A stretch of 64,000 nucleotides of DNA, taken from an uncultured Gemmatimonadales bacterium (GTDB taxonomy: Bacteria; Gemmatimonadota; Gemmatimonadetes; Gemmatimonadales; GWC2-71-9). Position numbers and translations under genes: made by a program. Of this stretch, positions 13,210-21,555 are shown in pieces. The stretch lies in the NCBI GenBank assembly GCA_963788625.1, contig CAWBHB010000004.1, positions 71,358 through 135,357 of the forward strand, given 5' to 3'. Position 1 is the stretch's first letter. Every line of letters starts with the position of its first letter. Under the pieces are notes generated by a model that had not been told where the DNA came from, made no database searches, and was given only the letters and a program-made list of their open reading frames with translations.

Positions 13210-14670
13210 ATGGACCTCATCCACCGTTTGGCTGTTCTCACGGCCGCAATGGCCATCCTGCTGGTTTTGGGTTCCACCGAGATCGCGCTGTCCTGGTCCG
13301 AACGGTCCCGACTGGATGACCTGCGTAGTGAATCGGTCGCCTTGGCCGAGACCTGGGCCAAGTACATCACCCGTCTCGCTCCAACCGGCGACTCCACCGC
13401 AATTGCACAAGGCCTCGCCGGGTGGCCAAGCCAGCACATCACCGCGACATCGGCGGCGGTCTGGAAACGGGATGGAGACCGGCTCACGCTGGTTGCCACG
13501 AGTGGAATCCTCGGTGATCCCGTCGCGACCAGCGAGGAGTATCAGGCCATCCAATCCAATGCATTGCGAACCTGGCAAGTTCGGGATTCTGCTCCTGCAT
13601 GGAGAGTGGCGAAGCCGCTTGGTGGAGTCAGGCCTTATGGTGTGCTGAGTGTCGAAGTCTCGACTCGGACCCTGCAGTCCTGGGCTCGATTGGAACGGAA
13701 ACGGAGCTACAGTTTTGCCGTAATCGCGGCATTGCTGCTCGCGGGAGGGGTGGCCTGGCTCACCGCCCAATGGGTGGGGAAGCCACTTAGCGCACTGGGA
13801 CACACCCTGGATCAGGCCCACGCGGGAGTCGAGTCCGCTCCCCCGGCGAGAGAGTTCGGTCCCAATGAATTCCGGGGGCTGGCTCGACGATACAATGATC
13901 TGCGAGAAGCGTTGTCGGCACGGCAAAAGGAAAGCGAAGCCCGCGGCGCGCTGCTTTCATTGGAAGAGAAAGCGCGAGGATTGGACCGGCTGGCGTTGAC
14001 GGAGGAGACAGCGGCAGCGTTCGCCCACGAGATCGGCACCCCACTCAACACGTTGAGCGGGCATCTGCAGTTACTGCGCGACGATCTTCGGGCCGCCGGT
14101 TCTCCACTGGCGTTGGAGCGGGTGCATCTACTGCTGGGGCAGCTGGACCGGCTCACCGGGATCGTTCGGAGCCGGCTGGAGCGGCGGGCCTGGCCCACGC
14201 CGGTCCTCCGTCCCACGGACTTGGGCGGTGTCGCAGAACGGGTGCTCCGCTTCTTCGAGCCCACCATGGCCGAACAGGGAGTTCGAGCCGGGTTGGCGCC
14301 GGCCGTGGCAGCCCTGGGGAAGCCCATGGCGATGTCTGACGGTGCGCTGGTGGAGCAGATCCTGCTCAATCTGGTCAAGAACGCGATCGAAGCGATGCCC
14401 CACGGTGGCAAGATCGAAGTTCGGGCCGGCGGCTCGGCCTCGGAGGCGTGGCTCGAGATTCGCGATACCGGTCCCGGCCTGGCGCCGGAAGCGCGGCGCC
14501 ACCTGTTCAATCCCTTTGTGACGACCAAGGGACAGGCGGGCACGGGGCTGGGGCTGGCGGTGAGCCAGCGGCTGGCCCGGAGCCTGGGTGGTGATCTCGA
14601 ACACATTCCCACCGATCACGGTACGGCGTGGCGGCTTTCACTTCCTTCTGCCCTGGAACGGACGGCCTGA
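13210..14670 (+). CDS. sensor histidine kinase (TM - periplasmic region - HAMP-like - HisKA - HATPase)
   Basis: Uninterrupted ORF. H-box HEIGTPLNTLSGHLQLL, N-box LLNLVKNAIEAM, DTGPGL, GTGLGLAV. I prefer the start at MDLIHRLAVLTAAMAILLVLG; the GTG at 13150 lies inside the promoter motif. Confidence 0.9.
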   Translation: MDLIHRLAVLTAAMAILLVLGSTEIALSWSERSRLDDLRSESVALAETWAKYITRLAPTGDSTAIAQGLAGWPSQHITATSAAVWKRDGDRLTLVATSGILGDPVATSEEYQAIQSNALRTWQVRDSAPAWRVAKPLGGVRPYGVLSVEVSTRTLQSWARLERKRSYSFAVIAALLLAGGVAWLTAQWVGKPLSALGHTLDQAHAGVESAPPAREFGPNEFRGLARRYNDLREALSARQKESEARGALLSLEEKARGLDRLALTEETAAAFAHEIGTPLNTLSGHLQLLRDDLRAAGSPLALERVHLLLGQLDRLTGIVRSRLERRAWPTPVLRPTDLGGVAERVLRFFEPTMAEQGVRAGLAPAVAALGKPMAMSDGALVEQILLNLVKNAIEAMPHGGKIEVRAGGSASEAWLEIRDTGPGLAPEARRHLFNPFVTTKGQAGTGLGLAVSQRLARSLGGDLEHIPTDHGTAWRLSLPSALERTA

Positions 14671-14671
14671 C

Positions 14672-16084
14672 GTGGCTCTGAGCGTGGCGCTATCTCCCCG
14701 CCTGCTGTTGGTGGACGATGATGAGGCGGCCTGCCGCCTCCTTTCTGAAGTGTTGGAGCGGGAGAGTTACCAGATCGTGCGCGCTCTCTCGGCCTCCGAG
14801 GGGTTGGCCAAGCTGGGACGCGAAGGCCCCTTCGATGCCGTGCTCACCGATCTCCGGATGCCGGGATCGAGCGGCCTCGATCTGCTGCGGGTCCTGCGGG
14901 AACGTGATCCCAACGCGATCGTCATCGTACTGACCGCGTTCGGCGATGCCGGCACCGCGGGAGAGGCGATCCGTGCCGGAGCCCACGACTTCATCAGCAA
15001 GCCGTATGACATCGGAGAGCTGCGGCTGGTGCTGTCTCGCGCGCTCGAGCGGCGGCGACTCCAGGTTTCCCGCAGCGACGAGCCGTTCCGGGGAGGCGAC
15101 GGACGTCAGGAACTTGAGCCGGAATTAGTGGGCCATAGCCCGGCCATCATCGGCGTGATGAAAACTGTGGCACGAGTGGCGCCGAGTCAGGCGAGTGTCC
15201 TGGTCTTCGGCGAGACCGGGACCGGCAAGGAGCTGGTCGCACGCACGGTGCATCGCTACTCGGAACGGGGCCGCGGGAAATTTGTCGCGGTGAATTGCTC
15301 GGCTCTCGCCGAGGGCCTGTTGGAGAGCGAACTGTTCGGTCACGTCCGAGGCGCCTTCACCGGGGCGCAGAGCGCGCGGCCTGGACTGTTTCGTGAAGCG
15401 GATCGAGGGACGCTCTTCCTGGACGAAATCGGGGATATCACTCCAGCCCTGCAATCCCGCCTGCTGCGGGTGCTGCAGGAACAGGAGATCGTACCGGTCG
15501 GCGCGGAAACTCCGGTGCGAGTGGATGTCCGGGTGATCGCCGCGACCCATCGTGACCTCCCGGCCCTGGTGCGGGAGGGGCGCTTCCGGGAGGATCTGTA
15601 CTACCGGCTCAACGTAGTAACGATCATGCTGCCTCCGCTGCGGGAGCGGCGCCAGGATATCCCGGTCCTGATCGACGATTTCCTGCGACGGCTGGGAGCC
15701 CGCCACGAGCGGGGGCCAGTCGCGGTGGATCCCGAGGCGCAGCGTGCCCTGCTGGCCTACGACTGGCCTGGCAATGTTCGCGAGCTGCTGAATGTGCTGG
15801 AGCGGGCCCTGGTGCTGGCCGCGCAGGATGTGATTGGGCCGGAGCACCTATCGGAGGAGATACGGGATGCGCTGGCGCCTCACGCCGTGCCGAGCGTCGG
15901 CGCGGCACCCGTCACCCAGGGGGCCGAGCTGATTCCGTTGGCGGCGGTGGAGAAGCGGCATGTGCTGGCAGTGCTCGCGGCGTGTGACGGTAATCGCGAA
16001 CGCGCCGCGCGGGTGCTCCAGATTTCCCGCCGTACGCTGTCGCGGATGCTGCAGCGCTGGGGGATGTCGGCGCCGCGATCCTGA
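14672..16084 (+). CDS. sigma-54-dependent Fis-family response regulator (NtrC type), intact
   Basis: LLLVDDDEAACRLL...VLTDLRMPG receiver; GETGTGKELVARTVH, ESELFGHVRGAFTGA, RVIAATHRDL; C-terminal HTH RAARVLQISRRTLSRMLQRWG. GTG start sits 2 nt after the kinase stop. Confidence 0.92.
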   Translation: MALSVALSPRLLLVDDDEAACRLLSEVLERESYQIVRALSASEGLAKLGREGPFDAVLTDLRMPGSSGLDLLRVLRERDPNAIVIVLTAFGDAGTAGEAIRAGAHDFISKPYDIGELRLVLSRALERRRLQVSRSDEPFRGGDGRQELEPELVGHSPAIIGVMKTVARVAPSQASVLVFGETGTGKELVARTVHRYSERGRGKFVAVNCSALAEGLLESELFGHVRGAFTGAQSARPGLFREADRGTLFLDEIGDITPALQSRLLRVLQEQEIVPVGAETPVRVDVRVIAATHRDLPALVREGRFREDLYYRLNVVTIMLPPLRERRQDIPVLIDDFLRRLGARHERGPVAVDPEAQRALLAYDWPGNVRELLNVLERALVLAAQDVIGPEHLSEEIRDALAPHAVPSVGAAPVTQGAELIPLAAVEKRHVLAVLAACDGNRERAARVLQISRRTLSRMLQRWGMSAPRS

Positions 16085-16229
16085 TCACAAGAATTTTCTT
16101 CGCGTGAGGCGGACGGACATCCTGTCCCATTTGTCAACTCCGCCCGGCCAGCCTGTCGCTTCAGTTTCATCTATTCACTGAAAACCCCGCTTTCGCCGCT
16201 GATTCACGCCTCATCGGGTGAATTTCACG

Positions 16230-16245
16230 TGGCACCCCGCTTGCC
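16230..16245 (+). promoter_or_regulatory. candidate sigma-54 (-24/-12) promoter
   Basis: TGGCACcccgcTTGCc, a near-perfect TGGCAC-N5-TTGC. It lies ~75 nt upstream of the ATG at 16322 and directly downstream of the NtrC-type regulator. Confidence 0.65.
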
Positions 16246-16321
16246 CAAGACTCCATCGTCGAAAGCAGGACCAGTAGGACAGTCCCGGCGTCGGCCGGGC
16301 TCATTCCCATGGAGGATGCAT

Positions 16322-16663
16322 ATGCTCAAGCAGTTGGCGCTGGCTGGTGTGTTCGTGCTGGCAGCGGGGACGCTCAACGCGCAGTCGACGACGGCTCCCG
16401 CCGCTCCGACGACTCACGCCGCAGCGACGGCGCCCGCCAAAAAGCATGAACCCACCAAGCAGGAAATCACGATGGCCCAGCAGACCCTCAGCAAGGCGGG
16501 CCTCTACAAGGGCAAGCAGGACGGTCAGTGGAACAACGACCTGTCTAACGCGATCAAGAAGTACCAGACCCAGAACAAGCTGAAGGCGACTGGCAAGCTC
16601 GACGAAGAGACCCTGCACAAGATGCAGCCGCCCGCCCCGGCGACGGCACCAGCCAGTCCGTAA
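16322..16663 (+). CDS. small secreted protein with a peptidoglycan-binding (PG_binding_1-like) domain
   Basis: GGAGGA sits 5 nt before the ATG. Signal peptide MLKQLALAGVFVLAAGTLNAQ, then AQQTLSKAGLYKGKQDGQWNNDLSNAIKKYQTQNKLKATGKLDEETL. Confidence 0.75.
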   Translation: MLKQLALAGVFVLAAGTLNAQSTTAPAAPTTHAAATAPAKKHEPTKQEITMAQQTLSKAGLYKGKQDGQWNNDLSNAIKKYQTQNKLKATGKLDEETLHKMQPPAPATAPASP

Positions 16664-16723
16664 GGGCGAGAAACAACCTCCCACGGGACGAACGCGGTCA
16701 ACATCCTTCCCAGTCCCGTGTTT

Positions 16724-16756
16724 AACGCCTCTCCGCAAGGGGAGGCGTTTTCTCGT
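16724..16756. terminator. intrinsic (bidirectional) terminator between convergent genes
   Basis: aacgcctctcc - GCAA loop - ggggaggcgtt, followed by tttctcgtt. Lies between the PG-binding gene (+) and the comM-like gene (-). Confidence 0.7.
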
Positions 16757-16766
16757 TGGTGGCACC

Positions 16767-18326
16767 TCAGCGACGAGCCACCGAAGTCGGCGCCATCCGG
16801 TGGGTCCGATCGAGGCTCCGATACTGGATCGCCTCGCTGATGTGGGGCACGCCGATCTCCCCCGCTCCAGCCAAGTCCGCAATGGTCCGCGCCAGCTTGA
16901 GGACCCGGTGATAGGCCCGGGCCGACAGTCCCAGTCGCGTGATAGCGGTGCGAAGGAGGCCCTCGACCGGTTCCGCCAGGCGGCAGTATCGCCGGATGTC
17001 GCGCGAGGCCATGTGCGCATTGGCGAAGAGGCCCGGCTGTTCACGGAACCTGGCTTGCTGCCTCCCCCGCGCTTCTTCCACCCGGGTGCGGACCGCAACA
17101 CTCGGCTCCTCCGATCGCTCGCCAGCCAACTCCGCGCAGGGCACGGCAGGCACCGCGAGATGAATGTCGATCCGGTCGAGCAACGGCCCGGAGACCCGGC
17201 CGAGGTAGCGCTCGACCGCTATGGGATCGCAGCGGCAGTGATGGGTGGGATCGCCGGCGTAGCCGCAGGGACAGGGGTTCATTGCCGCCGCGAGCATGAG
17301 CCTGGCGGGATAGGTGAGACTGGTCGCGGCGCGGCTCAGGGTGACGATCCCGTCCTCCAAGGGTTGGCGCAGCACTTCAAGCACATTCTTCCGGAATTCC
17401 GGCAGCTCATCCAGGAAGAGGACCCCGCCGTGGGCGAGGCTCACCTCCCCCGGACGCGGGTTGGATCCTCCGCCGATCAAGCCGGCGTCGCTGATGGTGT
17501 GGTGTGGGGCGCGGAAGGGACGCGTGGTGCAGAGCGAGCGTCCTCCAGTGAGCAATCCCGCGACACTGTGGATACGCGTTGTCTCGAGTGCCTCCTCCAG
17601 CGTCATCGGCGGCAGGATCGTGGGGAGACGGCGGGCCAGCATGGTCTTCCCCGAGCCCGGTGGACCGATCAACAAAATGTTGTGCGATCCAGCCGCGGCG
17701 ACCTCGAGCGCCCGCTTCGCGGCGGCTTGCCCTCTCACATCGGCGAAGTCCACCAGGTCGTGATCCCGCCGCGCCATGAGCTCCGCCACGTCGCACTGGG
17801 CAGGCGCGATCGAACACTCTCCGGTCAGGTGGGCGCAGACTTCGAGCAGCGTCCGTGCCCCGTACACCGCGATTCCCTCCACCACCGACGACTCGGCCAC
17901 ATTCTCGGCCGGCAGCAAGACGCCACTCAGTCCCGCGGACCGAGCGGCCAGCGTCATGGAGAGCGCGCCCCGCACCGGCCGCAGATCGCCTTCGAGCCCC
18001 AGCTCGCCCAAGAGCAGGAGATGGTCAACGCCTTCCGCGGCGACCTGATTGCTCGCCATCAGCAGGGCGATCGCGATGGGCAGATCGAAGGCAGACCCGT
18101 CTTTACGGACGTCCGCCGGGGCAAGGTTGATCGTGATCCGTTTGAGGGGATAGTTGTAGCCGGCGTTCACCATCGCGGCACAGACCCGCTCTCGCCCTTC
18201 TTTCACGGCGCCCTGCGGAAGCCCCACGGTCGAGAACGAGGGAAGGCCGTTGGTCAGATCGGCTTCCACCTCGACCAGGTAGGCATCAATGCCGAGTACT
18301 GCGGCGGAGCGGACCCGAGCGAGCAT
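16767..18326 (-). CDS. YifB/ComM family Mg-chelatase-like AAA+ ATPase
   Basis: Uninterrupted 519 aa. MLARVRSAAVLGIDAYLVEVEADL, Walker A GPPGSGKT, GVLFLDELPEF, C-terminal ARAYHRVLKLARTIADL. Confidence 0.92.
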   Translation of the reverse strand: MLARVRSAAVLGIDAYLVEVEADLTNGLPSFSTVGLPQGAVKEGRERVCAAMVNAGYNYPLKRITINLAPADVRKDGSAFDLPIAIALLMASNQVAAEGVDHLLLLGELGLEGDLRPVRGALSMTLAARSAGLSGVLLPAENVAESSVVEGIAVYGARTLLEVCAHLTGECSIAPAQCDVAELMARRDHDLVDFADVRGQAAAKRALEVAAAGSHNILLIGPPGSGKTMLARRLPTILPPMTLEEALETTRIHSVAGLLTGGRSLCTTRPFRAPHHTISDAGLIGGGSNPRPGEVSLAHGGVLFLDELPEFRKNVLEVLRQPLEDGIVTLSRAATSLTYPARLMLAAAMNPCPCGYAGDPTHHCRCDPIAVERYLGRVSGPLLDRIDIHLAVPAVPCAELAGERSEEPSVAVRTRVEEARGRQQARFREQPGLFANAHMASRDIRRYCRLAEPVEGLLRTAITRLGLSARAYHRVLKLARTIADLAGAGEIGVPHISEAIQYRSLDRTHRMAPTSVARR

Positions 18327-18448
18327 GCGGTGAATAGAGTGAGTGACCGCAGAGTGTATCGCTCCAGGGCTGGTGCCCGGGTATTGTTTCAGTGCGGACG
18401 GTTACGAAATAGTGCGGGAATCACAGCCCCGGATATCTTCTCAACCTC

Positions 18449-19678
18449 ATGAGCCTCCGACTCCTTGTCTTCACCGCTCTTCTTGTCTCTCCTCTTCGCG
18501 CCCAAACTCAGACCGCTACGGTCCGCGCGGCGCTCGACTCGGTGCGAGCCCACAATGACTGGACCCTGGCCGAACAGGCCTCGATCTGCGAGATCGAGGC
18601 TCCACCGTTCAAAGAGGCAGGGCGCGCCGCCGAGCTGAAACGACGGTTCACCGCCCTCGGGCTCGAGAGGGTGCGGCTCGACGCCGTGGGCAACGTGATC
18701 GGAGAACGGCCCGGGCGGGCCGGCCGGCCGGTAGTAGTGTTGTCCGGGCATCTCGACACGGTATTCCCCGAGAGCACTGATGTACGGGTGCGGCGCAGCG
18801 GCACGGTGATGCGTGGACCCGGCATCGCGGATGACTGCCGCGGCCTCGCGATTCTTCTTGTGGTTGCCCGAACTCTGAGGGAGGCCGCGGTCGTCACCAG
18901 CGGGAACATCGTGTTCGTGGGCACGGTCGGCGAAGAGGGGCTCGGAAACAGCCGGGGCGTGCGGCATCTGGTCGAGAGGGAGTTGCCCAAGCAGGTGGAC
19001 TACTTCGTCACCATTGATCTCAACCAGTTCGATGTAGCCACTCGCAGCGTTGGGAGCCACCGCTACCAAGTGACCTATTTCGGACCGGGTGGACACAGCT
19101 TCGGCGCGTTCGGCATGCCGAACCCGGTCCATGCACTGGGGCGAGCGATGGCGAAGATCGCCGACTTCCAGGTTCCCCAGACACCCAAGACGACCTTCAA
19201 CATCGGCATCGTGAAGGGCGGGACAGCGGTCAATGCCATTGCTTCGTCTGCGGCGATGGTAGTCGACTTGAGGTCGGAGTCGACCGCTGAACTCGAAGGG
19301 CTGGACTCCCGGTTCAAGACCGCTGTCAATCAGGCGATGGCCGAGGAGCTCCGCCGCTGGCCGGACTCCAAGGTGGCCCTGACAGTCAGGTTCGATACTC
19401 TGGGCATCCGCCCCGCCGGCACTGTGCCCGACTCGGCGCCGATCCACCGGGCGGTACTGAGCACCGCCCGAAGCCTTGGCATCGGACCCTTCTTCACGGC
19501 CGCGGCGACCGACGCGAATATTCCCATCAGTCTCGGTATCCCCTCCATTGCCATCGGGCACGGCGGCAACGCGACAGGCGAGCACTCGCTCTCCGAGAGC
19601 TACGACGATGGGGAGCGCGGCTGGCTCGGCCCTCAGTGGGCGCTGCTCCTCGGCGTGACGCTGGCCGGCACCGAGTAG
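18449..19678 (+). CDS. secreted M20-family metallopeptidase (peptidase T / acetylornithine deacetylase-like)
   Basis: Uninterrupted 409 aa. Signal peptide ...SPLRAQ, SGHLDTVFPE, GTVGEEGLGNSRG, C-terminal GHGGNATGEHSLSESY. Confidence 0.85.
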   Translation: MSLRLLVFTALLVSPLRAQTQTATVRAALDSVRAHNDWTLAEQASICEIEAPPFKEAGRAAELKRRFTALGLERVRLDAVGNVIGERPGRAGRPVVVLSGHLDTVFPESTDVRVRRSGTVMRGPGIADDCRGLAILLVVARTLREAAVVTSGNIVFVGTVGEEGLGNSRGVRHLVERELPKQVDYFVTIDLNQFDVATRSVGSHRYQVTYFGPGGHSFGAFGMPNPVHALGRAMAKIADFQVPQTPKTTFNIGIVKGGTAVNAIASSAAMVVDLRSESTAELEGLDSRFKTAVNQAMAEELRRWPDSKVALTVRFDTLGIRPAGTVPDSAPIHRAVLSTARSLGIGPFFTAAATDANIPISLGIPSIAIGHGGNATGEHSLSESYDDGERGWLGPQWALLLGVTLAGTE

Positions 19679-19955
19679 GACGGAATTTTTCGGACGGCTT
19701 CAAGTGCAGCGACAACCGCCCTCCAGTGACCCTCAGATTCAGGCTCTCGATGGACATTCCAGGCCGCCCCGCTAGAGCATGGGTGATCCCCGTGGCGCAG
19801 CCACGGCCTGCCGAGCCGCGAGGAACGAGCGAGCATGCCACGAGCACCGGTGTGTGGTCGCCGATTGTATTCTGGTACGAGGCGGTGTGATGTACGGAAG
19901 TAATGCTGAGCGGGACAAACTACTCAGTCCTCAGTCCTTTCCACTCGTCACTGGT

Positions 19956-20418
19956 TCAGTGCGGCCACCCATCCGGCCGAATATCGGTGAGCAGAATGAT
20001 GGGCGCGTTGAGATCGCCGGCGAAGATGCTCGATTCGAGCGGTTGGGTGCGCTCGAGATCGTCCCGACTGGTGCCGATGCACAGTGTGAGACCGACCCGC
20101 AGCACCGGCTGATCGAGCAGCGCCGCCGGGATCACGCGCGGCGGACCGTAGGTCAGGCCCTCCCGCACCGTCGCGGGGATTCGACCCGAGACGTAGACCG
20201 GAACCTCCACCAGCGACTGTAGCATCCGGTAAGTCAGAACTGTTGATTCCCCGCCACTCGTCGCGATGCCGAAAACCGGCGCGCCAAACCGTCCTGTTCG
20301 GGGGAAAATGGCAATCCCGTAGCCCAGGCCGCTGCCGCTATCTCTAGAGGCTGCAAGCGTTTCCCGCAATAGATCGTGAACGGCGACCAGATCCTGCGGA
20401 ATGGGTTCGGTGCTCATT
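19956..20418 (-). CDS. hypothetical protein, family not recognised
   Basis: Coding-like frame from MSTEPIPQDLVAVHDLL (ATG 20416-20418, preceded by aggatcctcc) to the stop at 19956. The upstream part of ORF 19956..20645 looks non-coding. Confidence 0.45.
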
Positions 20419-20571
20419 TGGAGGATCCTGTGAACGCGGCAGTTGGGCCAGCATTTCAGGCACAGGGCTAGTTTTGCAGAAGTCGGGCCGCCCTCCGGGT
20501 ATGCCCTCCGGCCCGGCCAGGCCGGGGCAAACCGGCCGATAGCATGCACTGCGGAAAGAGAGTGCGCAACC

Positions 20572-21532
20572 ATGCTGCACATCCATGGCGGTGATGAGGT
20601 CCTCGAGCGCCTCGCGCGCGCCGGAATCGCCGGCGAACGGCTCAACTGGCGCGAAGTGCTCTGCGATGGACCGACCCCGCGCTGCGACTCCCGTCAGGAA
20701 TGGCGCCGGATCCGCTCGGAATTCCTCTCCCGGGTTTACCACGCGGAACCAGGTGGGACCGATCTCCTCGTGGAACAGGAAGAAGCGCTGGAGCGCGCGC
20801 TGGCTGAGCAGGACGAGATCGTGCTCTGGTTCAGCAGCGACTGGTTCTGCCAGGCCGTTCTGCTCTCTCTACTCGGCCTGTTGCACCAGAAGCCGAGGCG
20901 TCGGGCGCGGCTCTCACTCGTAGCACCGGTCGGCTGGCCGAACGTCCCGGAGAATTCGGGTTGCACGCTGGCCTATCGTGCCCGAAGCGGAACTGTCCGG
21001 CCTGCTCGCCCGGAGAAAGGAATTGACTCCCTCCCTGCTGCATCTCGGCAGCACGGCCTGGGACGCCATGTGCGCTGGGGACCCTCGCGAAGTTGCAGTC
21101 CTGGCGGCGCAAGACCTCTCGGACCCGAGCTTTCCTTCGCTCAGAGAGGGACTCCGCATCCATCTCTGCGAGCTTCCTTCCGCTACGAATGGACTGGCGT
21201 TCAGCGAAGAACGCGCCCTGGCCGCTCTCAGTGATTCTCCCCAGGAACTGAACGCGGCGTACCACGCCTTTGAGCGCGCAGAGAGTCGCCCCTGGATTAC
21301 CGACATGATGTTTGCGACCCGCCTCCAGGGGTTGAATGGCGTCTCCTCACCGTTGGTCGAATGGAGCGCCCACGGTCAAAATGTCCGTCGCACCGCGCTG
21401 GGCGGCGAGGTCCTTGCAGGACGGCGGGACTGGTGTACCCTGACCCAGATGGACCGTTGGGTCGGCGGGGTGCACCTTTCTCCTGACAACTTGTGGCGAA
21501 TCGATCGCAGTAGTCTGGCTCTCACCCGTTAG
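20572..21532 (+). CDS. DUF1835-domain protein (with DUF3658-like C-terminus), one frame break near 20970
   Basis: MLHIHGGDEVLERLARAGI...EIVLWFSSDWFCQAVLLSLL (20443..21234 frame), then LTPSLLHLGSTAWDAM...RWVGGVHL (20978..21532). Assignment is from memory of the family N-terminus. Confidence 0.6.
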
Positions 21533-21555
21533 AGGTCAGGCCGAAGGAGGCGTCA

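Noticed and set aside
16800-18452. 550-aa plus-strand ORF
   Set aside because: Antisense to the intact YifB/ComM gene. No recognisable domains.
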